Translations under genes and position numbers: made by a program
The notes under the pieces: model-generated
Told to the model about the DNA's origin: nothing
Seen by the model: only the letters and a program-made list of their open reading frames with translations
The model's database searches: none
Assembly: GCA_040386535.1 (NCBI GenBank)
Contig: JAZKFH010000003.1
Location: 64,001-128,000, forward strand
Source of the DNA: Myxococcota bacterium
Lineage (GTDB): Bacteria > Myxococcota_A > UBA796 > SXON01
Length of the DNA stretch: 64,000 bases
Direction: 5' to 3'
Shown: positions 19,756 through 28,567 of the stretch, in pieces
Layout of the letters: the number at the start of each line of letters is the position of its first letter
Position numbering within the stretch: position 1 is the first letter of the stretch

Positions 19756-19819
19756 CGGGCCAAGATAACCGCGAGGTCGGGCCGGCACGGGGGTATCGTG
19801 GCGCTTCGCGAAGGTCGTG

Positions 19820-20287
19820 ATGTTGTTGCTCTCCGCCCTCCTCTCCCTCCTGGCCTGCACCGGGGCGCCCACGGACGACACCGGGGTCCCCGCCGACACC
19901 TCCACCGACGACACCGACATCCCGGACGACACCGACTCGCCCGCGGACGAGGCCGCGTGCGCCGCGGCCATCCTCTCCCCGGTCGACGCCGCCACCGTCA
20001 CCGTCGACTGGAGCGCCCACGCGCCTGTCGACCGGGTCGACGCCATGGTGCTGATCGGGGCCGCGTCGGAGCTCCAGGTGCGCGCCTGCGCGGGCGACCT
20101 GAACCAGGGCGACGTCCAGGCGCTCTGGACCTACGACGACGCCCGTGACGACGTCGAGGGCACGGGCCAGCTCGAGCTCGCCCCCTACCCCGGCTCGGCG
20201 CTGGCGATCTTCCTCGTCGGCACCACCCGGGTCGCGTGGTTCGTGGACATCCAGACCGGTGGCGCCGGCGCGATCGTGCTGCCGTAG
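19820..20287 (+). CDS. Hypothetical lipoprotein
   Basis: MLLLSALLSLLAC lipobox followed by a D/T-rich linker; GC3-rich coding pattern. Confidence 0.7.
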   Translation: MLLLSALLSLLACTGAPTDDTGVPADTSTDDTDIPDDTDSPADEAACAAAILSPVDAATVTVDWSAHAPVDRVDAMVLIGAASELQVRACAGDLNQGDVQALWTYDDARDDVEGTGQLELAPYPGSALAIFLVGTTRVAWFVDIQTGGAGAIVLP

Positions 20288-20312
20288 CGCGATCCATTCG
20301 CTACGATACCGA

Positions 20313-20894
20313 ATGCTGTTCCTGCTCCTCGCCGCCTGCACCGCCTCCGACAAGCCCGACGACACCGCCTCCCTTGGGGAAACGGACACCGACAGGCCCG
20401 CCCCCGGCGACTTCACCCTCTCCCTTCCCGCGGCCACCTCCTCCGCGGGCGATCCCCGCGCGGACGAGTGCGCCTGGGCGCTCGATGTCACGTTCGAATG
20501 CCAGAACCCGAGCCCCGAGGTGCGTTGGGAGAACCCGCCCGAAGGCACCGTGGCCTTCGCGCTCGTGTTCGACGATCCCGACGCCGGCGAGTTCGACCAC
20601 TGGGCGGTCGTCAACATCCCCGCCGACGCCACGAGCCTCGCCGCGGGCGCGTCCGGCAGCGGCATCACCGCCGACCTCCCCGGCGACGCCTACCAACTCC
20701 AGAACGGCTCCGGCTTCGACGGCTACCTCGGCTCCTGTCCCCCCGAGTCCCACGTGTACCGCTGGCGGCTCTGGGCGCTCTCCGAATTGCTCCCCACCGA
20801 TCTGGACCGCTTCTCCCAGGTCGAGAACCAGGCGGCGGATGTGGCGTTGGGAGAGGCGGCGACGTGTCACATCTATGGGCCGCGGAGCGAGTAG
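20313..20894 (+). CDS. YbhB/YbcL (PEBP, Raf kinase inhibitor-like) lipoprotein
   Basis: MLFLLLAAC; SPEVRW..PEGT, LVFDDPDA..FDHWAVVNIP, GYLGSCPP..HVYRWRLWAL. Confidence 0.88.
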   Translation: MLFLLLAACTASDKPDDTASLGETDTDRPAPGDFTLSLPAATSSAGDPRADECAWALDVTFECQNPSPEVRWENPPEGTVAFALVFDDPDAGEFDHWAVVNIPADATSLAAGASGSGITADLPGDAYQLQNGSGFDGYLGSCPPESHVYRWRLWALSELLPTDLDRFSQVENQAADVALGEAATCHIYGPRSE

Positions 20895-20923
20895 GGCGGG
20901 GCGCGACCGGCTTTGCCAGCCGC

Positions 20924-21106
20924 TGGCAACAACTCGACCCCTCGCCATCGAGACCCGGCGTTGTTGCCACGGTTCGCACGCCACGCCGCGCGCCACAACG
21001 GACGAACGCCAATAGTTTCGCGTCGCAAGCAAGCATCGTTCGCACAACGGCACGAATTGCGGCAAGAACTCGATGGCTCGCCATCGAGCCCCCGAGTTGT
21101 TGCCGC
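20924..21106. repeat. Two related palindromic (REP-like) elements
   Basis: TGGCAACAAC...GTTGTTGCCA (20924-20969) and GCGGCAAGAACTCG...CGAGTTGTTGCCGC (21059-21106). Both contain CTCGCCATCGAG. Confidence 0.7.
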
Positions 21107-21201
21107 CGTGCCATCGGCGCCTCGGGCGTAGCGAGGCAGTCGTCGCCGACGCAGGCTGTTGGTCAAAACTCTGCTATACAGTCTCGAGGAACAGAACATC
21201 C

Positions 21202-21807
21202 ATGCTGATCATCTCCCTCCTGGGCTGCCTCGAAGGCGACAAGCCGCTCGAAACGCCACACGCCCCGTTCGATCTCGGGGCGCTGGATGCCGGCGCCGGG
21301 GACGGGAGGACCGTAGAGGAGTTCGTCTCGGACGAACTCACCGTCGATCTCTCGCTGGACTGGTCGTTCCTCAACCTGGCCGACTTCGCCGCTGACACCG
21401 TGAGCCTGGTCGCGGGCGAGGTACCCGTTGATACCTCCTGTGTGATCAATGACGAAGGCGCAGCCGAGTCCTGCACGTTCTGGATGGACGTGTCGGTGAG
21501 CTCCACGTCCGGCCTGTGGGGCTCGGAGCGACGCGATTTCATCACGTGGGCCCCGAACCGGGTCGCCTTCTGCTTTGGTGGCACCGTCGTGCTGACCGAG
21601 GCCCAGGTGGACGCGATCGCCGCCAGGCTGGAAGACGACGGCATCGCCTTCGATGGTCGTTTGGACAACACTGTGTGCCGTGGGATGGACGGCTCCGGAT
21701 ACGGCCTCCCCGATTCGGACAGCCAGGCGAACGTGTTCCTGGTCGAGGCCGGTGATTCCATCACCGGGGTGACGACGCCCGTCGCGGCCGACGACACGGT
21801 GGACTGA
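21202..21807 (+). CDS. Hypothetical lipoprotein
   Basis: GAGGA RBS, MLIISLLGC lipobox, acidic Cys-containing body. Confidence 0.7.
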   Translation: MLIISLLGCLEGDKPLETPHAPFDLGALDAGAGDGRTVEEFVSDELTVDLSLDWSFLNLADFAADTVSLVAGEVPVDTSCVINDEGAAESCTFWMDVSVSSTSGLWGSERRDFITWAPNRVAFCFGGTVVLTEAQVDAIAARLEDDGIAFDGRLDNTVCRGMDGSGYGLPDSDSQANVFLVEAGDSITGVTTPVAADDTVD

Positions 21808-22530
21808 CTAAACGGAGGGGGCCGCCTGCGGATGGAGCGGACCCAACACGAGGAATAGCGCGCCGAAGCGGAGATCCACCAGTGAGTGGATGGCCATGGC
21901 AGGAAGAAGCGAGCCTGTGCGCACCGTGACAAGGTAGAGGAGGCCACCGAACAGCCCGGTGAGGATCACGCCACGCCAGCCCTGGTAGATGTGCATCGCG
22001 CCGAAGATGGCCGCAGAGGCAGCCAGCGGAGCCCAGGTCGCGCCGCCCATCGCGGCAGCGATGTCGCCCGCCCACGCCGGCACCAGGCCGCGGAAGACGA
22101 ACTCTTCGCAAACCCCGGCGGTCACGGCGGCGGGCACGAACCATACAGCGGCGGTTCGTGAGCGCGGAAACAATGCATGCGCCAGCCCGATCCCGGCGAG
22201 CTGCCACCTGAAAAACCGGCGGATGGAGGAGAAGACCGCCGCCAGGCCTACCGAGCCACCGAGCGCGATTGCAAACATGGCGACCAACCGGGCCGCGTCG
22301 TAACCGCGCGGCGGCCCCAATCCGAGCGGCTGGCCGCCCATCCACATCAGCACGGCGGCGACCGCGGCCGTGACCCACCACCGTGTAATGAACCGCCTGT
22401 AGAACGTGACCTGCGCCTCGGGTTCGCTGTGCATCGCAAGGACACGCAACTGACGGTAGCCGGGCCCCGCCGAGCGAACAATCAGCCAGACCACCAGAAG
22501 CGATTCAAGAGCGAGAGAAGCCACGGCCAT
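21808..22530 (-). CDS. CPBP/CAAX (Rce1-like) intramembrane glutamic endopeptidase
   Basis: EEFVFRG, FGAMHIYQG, AMAIHSLVD motifs and multiple TM helices. Confidence 0.9.
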   Translation of the reverse strand: MAVASLALESLLVVWLIVRSAGPGYRQLRVLAMHSEPEAQVTFYRRFITRWWVTAAVAAVLMWMGGQPLGLGPPRGYDAARLVAMFAIALGGSVGLAAVFSSIRRFFRWQLAGIGLAHALFPRSRTAAVWFVPAAVTAGVCEEFVFRGLVPAWAGDIAAAMGGATWAPLAASAAIFGAMHIYQGWRGVILTGLFGGLLYLVTVRTGSLLPAMAIHSLVDLRFGALFLVLGPLHPQAAPSV

Positions 22531-22589
22531 GGGGTGACGTAACGCGGACCCCCCGCCGGCCCGCCGTGAGTCGGGTTAGGATTCGGTCC

Positions 22590-23309
22590 ATGCGTCCAGT
22601 GGTCCTCGACCTCGATCAGACTCTCATCCGCGGCGAGGATGTCGACTGGACCTTGTGGCTCGCGGCCTGCGAAGGGGCGCTCGGGGTTCCTGTCGCACGA
22701 ACGCTGGATTGGGCGAGCTTCCCCGTTCACACGGATCACGGGCTGTTGGCGTCGTTGTCGCTTCGTCTTCGAGGCAAGCCGCTCGAACCAGGAGAGCGTG
22801 AGGCCTTCGAGCAGTTGGTCGATCAGCTCCTCGTGCGGGCGCTGGAGGACGAACCAAACCTGTTCACCCCCGTGGCTGGCGCCGCCGACTTCCTCGCCAC
22901 CACCCGGGAACGGGCGTGTATCGCGACGGGAAACCTGCGCGCCTCGACGCGGCTGAAGTTGCGCTCGGCAGGCCTCGACCGGTACGGTGTGCCCGCCGCC
23001 TGTTCGGAAGATGCCGACACTCGAAGCGGCCTCGTGGCGCACGCCCTCCGCAAGGTCGGGTGGGAGCCCGGAGCTCCGGCCACTTCGTTTGGTGACGCTG
23101 TCTGGGACGTGCAAGCGGCTCGGCTTCTTGGGATCGGCTTTGTCGGAGTGGCGCAGAGCGACGCCCACGAGGTGAAGCTTCGTACCGCAGGCGCTCGGCA
23201 CGTGATTCGTGACTTCACCAACCAGGCGACGGTCATCGCACTGGCGTTGTCTGCCGATCCGCCCCGCGAAGCGGACGCATCCAATCCAGGCAGCGCGCAC
23301 GGAGGATGA
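22590..23309 (+). CDS. HAD-family hydrolase
   Basis: Motif I LDLDQTL, IATGN, FGDAVWDV..A..LG. ATG at 22590. Confidence 0.88.
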   Translation: MRPVVLDLDQTLIRGEDVDWTLWLAACEGALGVPVARTLDWASFPVHTDHGLLASLSLRLRGKPLEPGEREAFEQLVDQLLVRALEDEPNLFTPVAGAADFLATTRERACIATGNLRASTRLKLRSAGLDRYGVPAACSEDADTRSGLVAHALRKVGWEPGAPATSFGDAVWDVQAARLLGIGFVGVAQSDAHEVKLRTAGARHVIRDFTNQATVIALALSADPPREADASNPGSAHGG

Positions 23310-23384
23310 CGGGGCGTCATCGTTCGCGCCGGGCGCAGAGCGACCGACCCAACAAAACCGCTTCCCCCGGGGCCCGCGCCGCCC

Positions 23385-24029
23385 CTACTCCGCCGTCAGC
23401 TGACCGCGCGCAACCGAGGCATTGCCTTGACCGTCCTGCGCCACGGCGCCCACATTGACGAAAAGCGCGTCGAGGCGCCCCTCGAAGCTGAGGTAGAATT
23501 CGCCCGCGGTCGTGCCCTGGTCGGCAAACGCAGCGTCCCCGGCCTCGGTGGCGTCGGCGGGAACCGGAGACAGCTCCAGGCTTTCGGACAGCCAGTCGAA
23601 GTCCATGGCGTTGTCGGAGAGCGCCGAGGCGGTGAGCGTGGTCGTTCCGCTCGCGACGAACGTGCCGTCGGAATCCGTGAGTCTCACCTCCACGGGGATC
23701 GCCAGCCACTCTCCGATGTGCGCACAGCCTCCCTCTCCCTCTGTCAGCTCCACCGCGCGCACGGGGTCGGACCCGAGGCTGACGGTCATGCTGAGGGACG
23801 CGACGGTCAACGCGGTGTGCCCCTCCGGTTTGTCCGAGACCCACGCCACGCCCCAGGTGCGTCCGTTCACCGCGGCGACAGCTTCGCTGGCGGTGAAGCC
23901 GTACGGCGCGGCATCGTCGGCCACGTCGGTGTCCGAGAGGACGTCGCAACGAGTGAGCATCTCGGCCTCCTGGCCCGACGGACCACAAGCTGGGAGAAGC
24001 AGGACAAACAGGAAGTGGCGGCAGCGCAT
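23385..24029 (-). CDS. Hypothetical lipoprotein
   Basis: C-terminal part of ORF 23385..24575; MRCRHFLFVLLLPAC lipobox. Confidence 0.65.
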   Translation of the reverse strand: MRCRHFLFVLLLPACGPSGQEAEMLTRCDVLSDTDVADDAAPYGFTASEAVAAVNGRTWGVAWVSDKPEGHTALTVASLSMTVSLGSDPVRAVELTEGEGGCAHIGEWLAIPVEVRLTDSDGTFVASGTTTLTASALSDNAMDFDWLSESLELSPVPADATEAGDAAFADQGTTAGEFYLSFEGRLDALFVNVGAVAQDGQGNASVARGQLTAE

Positions 24030-24185
24030 CGAACGGTCCAGGTGCGTGTACATCATCGCCCCGATCGGTTCCACCTGCCAGTCCGGACACGCACATTCGC
24101 AATCCCACATCCGCGCGACGGCCGGCCGTGTGGACGCACGCGGCGAGCGTTGTTCGTCCGTGCGAGTCATGGTAGTCATCCGCCC

Positions 24186-24740
24186 ATGAGAACGTCCGGA
24201 CATGCCAGCGTGACCCTGGTCAGAGGGTATGTCCCGGGCGTGGACCGCTTGGATCCGCGGGCACAGCGCGCAGGGTTGGTCGGGAGAGTTGCAGTGGTTC
24301 TCCGCACCTATGATCCCCAGATCGGCGAGATGGTGTTTCGCATCCACGCATGTGTAGCGATTTTGGATGCTGCTTCCGTGTCGCTCCAAGCCGATCGCAT
24401 CGAGATTGGAGAGGCGCCGGAGACTGGAATGGAGCTCGGTGCCTGGTACGCGGAGGCCCGCGCGACGGAGGACCCCGACCCCTTTGCCTACGGGATCGTG
24501 CGTGGACCCGGTGGTGTGGCGGGAATGTTCGTGTATGAACCTTACGATGCGGTGGGAGGGCCGGACCCCTACCATGATGCGGTCGTGTACGCGATCTTCG
24601 TCCGGCCCGACGCGGTGAATCGGGTCTTTGCCGCGTGTGTCGACGCCGCGGGAGCGCTCGGAGAGGGTGATCCCGTCGTGGTGGAGGGAAGCGTCGACCC
24701 ACCGTCCTGGTTTCAGCGACTACGAATGCTGTTCGGCTGA
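24186..24740 (+). CDS. Hypothetical protein
   Basis: C-terminal part of ORF 23427..24740 from ATG 24186; protein-like composition; divergent from the lipoprotein gene. Confidence 0.55.
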   Translation: MRTSGHASVTLVRGYVPGVDRLDPRAQRAGLVGRVAVVLRTYDPQIGEMVFRIHACVAILDAASVSLQADRIEIGEAPETGMELGAWYAEARATEDPDPFAYGIVRGPGGVAGMFVYEPYDAVGGPDPYHDAVVYAIFVRPDAVNRVFAACVDAAGALGEGDPVVVEGSVDPPSWFQRLRMLFG

Positions 24741-24858
24741 ATTAGAGGCGGCTCGCGATCCCCCGCGCGAGGGATCCGGAGGGCCGCCGCCCCGGCGGGT
24801 CTGGGCGGGCCCCGGGACCGCCCGGACCGAGCGGCTCCGCCGCGAGTCCGTAGGAGCC

Positions 24859-24884
24859 CGACCCCCGCGTCCTCGCGGGGGTCG
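24859..24884. terminator. GC-rich hairpin between convergent genes (putative terminator)
   Basis: Perfect 11-bp stem CGACCCCCGCG-TCCT-CGCGGGGGTCG just downstream of the carboxyltransferase stop. No U-tract. Confidence 0.5.
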
Positions 24885-24899
24885 CGCCCAGCCCCCCAC

Positions 24900-26513
24900 T
24901 CACATCCGAAACGTGCCATACCCCACGGGATTCTTCCACGGTGTATTGCGCGTGGCCGCGAGGGAGAGCCCGATCACGTCGCGGGTCTTGGTGGGGTCGA
25001 TGACGCCGTCGTCCCAGAGGTTGGCGGTGGAATACCACGCGTCCCCCTCGCGCTTGGCGTTGTCCTCCATCGGGCCGCGGATCATCTCGGCCTCCTCGGG
25101 GGTGATGAGGGGCTGGCCCTCGCGCGCGCGTTGGGCGTTCTGGACGCTCACGAGCACGGACGCCGCCTGGGCGCCGCCCATGACGCCGATTTGCGCGCCC
25201 GGCCACATCCACAAGAAACGGGGCGAATAGGCGCGGCCACACATGGCGTAGTTGCCGGCGCCGAAGCTGCCGCCCACGACCACGGTGATCTTGGGCACGG
25301 AACAGGTGGAGACGGCGTTGACCATCTGGTGGCCGTGCTTGGTGATGCCGCCGCGCTCGTAGTCTCGGCCGATGATGAAGCCGGCGATGTTCTGGAGGAA
25401 CAGCAGCGGGATGCCACGCTTGTCACACAGCTGGATGAATTGGGTGGCCTTGAGCGCGCACTCGGAGAACAACACGCCGTTGTTGGCGAGGATGCCGACC
25501 TGGTAGCCGTGCACGTACGCCCACCCACACACGAGCGTGGGGCCGTACCGATCCTTGAACGGCTCGAACTCGCTCCCGTCGGTGACACGGGCGATGAGCT
25601 CGCGGATGTCCCAGGGGGTGGAGAGGTCGGGCGGGACGATGCCGAGCAATTCGGCGGGGTCGTAGAGCGGGGGGCGCGGCGCGCGCGTGGACACCAGGCT
25701 CCGATCGGGCGGAGGCAGGCGGGCGACGATGGCGCGGAGGTGGGAGATGGCGTCGGCGTCGTCCTTCGCCCAGTGGTCGCTGACACCGGAGACAGCGCAG
25801 TGGACGTCGGCCCCGCCGAGATCTTCGGCGGTCACGTCCTCACCCGTGGCGGCCTTGACCAGCGGGGGGCCGCCAAGGAAGATGGCGCCGGTGCCGGCCA
25901 CGTGCACGACCTCGTCGCTCATGGCGGGGATGTAGGCCGCGCCCGCGGTACACAGGCCCATCACCGCGGTGAGCTGGGGGATCCCCAGCTTGGACATCAC
26001 CGCCTGGTTGTAGAAGATGCGGCCGCCATCGTCGAGATCGGGGAACACCTCGCTCTGGAGCGGCAGGAACGCGCCGCCCGAGTCGATGAGCGACACGAAC
26101 GGGAGGTGGTTCTCCAATGCGATGGCTTGGAGCCGCAAGGCCTTCTTGACACCCAACGGATAGATCGTGCCACCCTTGACCATCGCGTCATTCGCGTTGA
26201 TGACACACTCGCGCCCGTTGATGACACCGATGCCGGCGAGGCTCCCGGCTTTGTGTACCCCCCCGTCGTACATGCCACGCGCCGCGAGCGCGCCGATCTC
26301 GAGGAAGGGCGTGTCGGGGTCGAGCAGCTTGTCGAGCCGCTCGACGACGGTGAGCTTGCCCTGCTCGCGGTGGCGGGCGAGCGCCTTCGCAGAGCGGTCG
26401 TCCCGCGCGGCGCGGAGCTCCTCGGCGAGGCGCTTCAGCAGCGCCTCCTGGTGGGCGCGGTTGGCGGCGAACTCGGGCGACGCGGGGTCGGCCTCGGTGG
26501 GGAGAACCTGCAT
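24900..26513 (-). CDS. Acyl-CoA carboxylase carboxyltransferase (methylcrotonoyl-CoA carboxylase beta-like)
   Basis: [68 protein letters not shown]-terminal GTFRM. Confidence 0.95.
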   Translation of the reverse strand: MQVLPTEADPASPEFAANRAHQEALLKRLAEELRAARDDRSAKALARHREQGKLTVVERLDKLLDPDTPFLEIGALAARGMYDGGVHKAGSLAGIGVINGRECVINANDAMVKGGTIYPLGVKKALRLQAIALENHLPFVSLIDSGGAFLPLQSEVFPDLDDGGRIFYNQAVMSKLGIPQLTAVMGLCTAGAAYIPAMSDEVVHVAGTGAIFLGGPPLVKAATGEDVTAEDLGGADVHCAVSGVSDHWAKDDADAISHLRAIVARLPPPDRSLVSTRAPRPPLYDPAELLGIVPPDLSTPWDIRELIARVTDGSEFEPFKDRYGPTLVCGWAYVHGYQVGILANNGVLFSECALKATQFIQLCDKRGIPLLFLQNIAGFIIGRDYERGGITKHGHQMVNAVSTCSVPKITVVVGGSFGAGNYAMCGRAYSPRFLWMWPGAQIGVMGGAQAASVLVSVQNAQRAREGQPLITPEEAEMIRGPMEDNAKREGDAWYSTANLWDDGVIDPTKTRDVIGLSLAATRNTPWKNPVGYGTFRM

Positions 26514-26574
26514 TCGACGGATCTAACTCGCCGCGACCTCTACGCCCGACGGCGCCGCGCAGCACCCACGGGCG

Positions 26575-26928
26575 CTACCAGCGGAGGGAGAGGGGCCGGG
26601 TCAGCTGCGAGGATGGCACGAACGGAACGGCGAAGCGGGCGATCTCTCCGACCGAGGTGCAGAGGAGGCGCGTCGGCACGGAGAACGGGTCACCCGTCAA
26701 GCGGTGGATGCCGCGCACGAGCACGGCGTCTCCCAGGCGGAGCGGGCTGCCACGCTCGCCTCCCGAGATCGACACCATCCAGGCGGCGCCCGGCGAGGGG
26801 GCCGAGGCGCACGCGACGGTCCCCTCCCCGCCGCGGATGTAGGCGAGCGGCTCGTCCGCCACGTCGTCCGGAAGGACGATCACGTTGGACAGCTCTACGA
26901 AGCAGGCCACATCCCCCGGTAAACGCAT
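26575..26928 (-). CDS. Hypothetical protein
   Basis: ORF 26575..26961. ATG 26928 is preferred because GGAG and a TA-box lie just upstream. Confidence 0.5.
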   Translation of the reverse strand: MRLPGDVACFVELSNVIVLPDDVADEPLAYIRGGEGTVACASAPSPGAAWMVSISGGERGSPLRLGDAVLVRGIHRLTGDPFSVPTRLLCTSVGEIARFAVPFVPSSQLTRPLSLRW

Positions 26929-27053
26929 CAGCTCCAGTACCCCCGCCCGCAATGTAGGCACCTGGGACGGATCTCGCGATTGCAGTTCATTGCAGCTCGT
27001 TGCAACGAAGCCCCGGACGGCACGATCGAGGCTGACCCGGTTAGCCCAGCGGC

Positions 27054-27413
27054 ATGCTCCTCCTGCTCACCGCCCTTGCGTGCGATCCCGGCAACCAAGC
27101 CACCAACGTGTGTCGCGATCGTCGTGAGGCGCTGGACTCGCTCTACACGCAATACGGTGGCAGCGCTGTCGCCGAGGGGGCCAAGGAGGGCGTGCTGGGC
27201 GAGGCCGTCACCGGCATCGACCGCGCCCAGTTCGAGAAGAAGTGTGTCGAGCTCGGCCGCGGCGGGCACCCGACCTTGGCGGCGAAGAAGGCCAAGGTGT
27301 TCTTCGCCGAGCCGACCACCCTCGCGGCGTGCCAGCGCGTGGTCGACCTCGAGGACAAGCTCAGGGCGCTCAACCGCGAGCTCCCGGCCGACGCCCAGGT
27401 CACCTGCCCGTAG
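27054..27413 (+). CDS. Small hypothetical lipoprotein
   Basis: MLLLLTALAC lipobox; helical, four further Cys. Confidence 0.75.
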   Translation: MLLLLTALACDPGNQATNVCRDRREALDSLYTQYGGSAVAEGAKEGVLGEAVTGIDRAQFEKKCVELGRGGHPTLAAKKAKVFFAEPTTLAACQRVVDLEDKLRALNRELPADAQVTCP

Positions 27414-27420
27414 GGGCAGC

Positions 27421-28545
27421 ATGTACCGTGTCCTCGACTTCACTCGCGTCCTCGCCGGGCCGTGGGCCACCCAGGTGCTGGGCGACCAGGGTTTTGACGT
27501 CGTCAAGGTGGAGTCGCTCGCCGGCGACGAGACCCGCGCGTTCCTGCCTCTGCGACAGGGCGATCACGGGGGCGAGAGCGTCTACTTCGCCTGCACCAAC
27601 CGCAACAAGCGCAGCGTCGTGCTCGATCTGAAGCACCCCGACGGAGTCGCGCTAGCCCGCCGCCTCGCCGCCACGGCCGACGTGGTGATGGAGAACTTTC
27701 GCCCGGGCGTCATGGACCGGCTCGGCCTCGCCTACGACACGCTCGCGGCCGACAATGCCGGGCTCGTGTACGTCGGGATCAGCGCCTTCGGCGGCGGCGC
27801 TTGGGCGGATCGGGCTGGCTACGATCTGGTCGTGCAGAGCGTGGGCGGCATCGCCGCGTTGACCGGGGACCCGCCAATGAAGGCGGGGCCGAGCATCGCC
27901 GACCTCGCCAGCGCGCAGGTGGCGGTGCAGGCCGTGCTGTTCGCGCTGTTGGAGCGAGGGCGGACGGGCCTCGGCAAGCGGATCGACATCCGGATGATCG
28001 ACGTCGCCCACCACCTGCTCGCCTTCTACGCCTCGGCGTGGATCAACGCGGGCCAGGCGCCGCCGCCGCCGTCCAACCGGCACCCCTCGATCGCGCCCTA
28101 CAACCTGTACCGGTGCTCGGACGGCTGGCTCGCCATCTGCTGCGCGAACGACCCGTTGTGGGAGAAGCTGCGCCGGGTCCTCGCGCTCCCCTCCGGCGGC
28201 GCGACGGACGCGTGGGCCACGATCCAGGGCCGGGTGGCCGACCGCGACCGGCTCGACGCCGCGATCGACGCGGTGCTCGCCACGGACACGACCGCCGCCT
28301 GGGAGGCCCGCCTCGCCGCCGCGGGTGTGCCCTGTGGGCCGGCGCTCTCCGTGCAGGACTCCCTCGACCACCCGCTCGCGGCGCGGATCTCCACGGGGTC
28401 GTGGTCCTTTCCCGCGCCTCCCCTCCCCGCCGTGGCCCTGCGCCCCCCGCCGCGACTGGGCGAGCACACGGACGAGGTGCTCCGGGAGGCGGGCCTGGGG
28501 ACCGATGAAATCGGCCGACTTCGCGAACGGGGTGTAATAGGGTGA
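27421..28545 (+). CDS. CaiB/BaiF family III CoA-transferase
   Basis: RVLDFTRVLAGP, NRNKRS, ENFRPG, GYDLVVQ, PPRLGEHT. ATG at 27421. Confidence 0.93.
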   Translation: MYRVLDFTRVLAGPWATQVLGDQGFDVVKVESLAGDETRAFLPLRQGDHGGESVYFACTNRNKRSVVLDLKHPDGVALARRLAATADVVMENFRPGVMDRLGLAYDTLAADNAGLVYVGISAFGGGAWADRAGYDLVVQSVGGIAALTGDPPMKAGPSIADLASAQVAVQAVLFALLERGRTGLGKRIDIRMIDVAHHLLAFYASAWINAGQAPPPPSNRHPSIAPYNLYRCSDGWLAICCANDPLWEKLRRVLALPSGGATDAWATIQGRVADRDRLDAAIDAVLATDTTAAWEARLAAAGVPCGPALSVQDSLDHPLAARISTGSWSFPAPPLPAVALRPPPRLGEHTDEVLREAGLGTDEIGRLRERGVIG

Positions 28546-28567
28546 ACATGTGAGGCGTTGAGGCCGC

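Noticed and set aside
20895..21200. Possible CRISPR array or tRNA
   Set aside because: Only two dissimilar palindromes, no repeat-spacer periodicity, no cas genes and no cloverleaf.
21808..22530. Abortive-infection role for the Abi/CAAX protease
   Set aside because: The family name alone does not imply phage defence, and no supporting neighbours are present.
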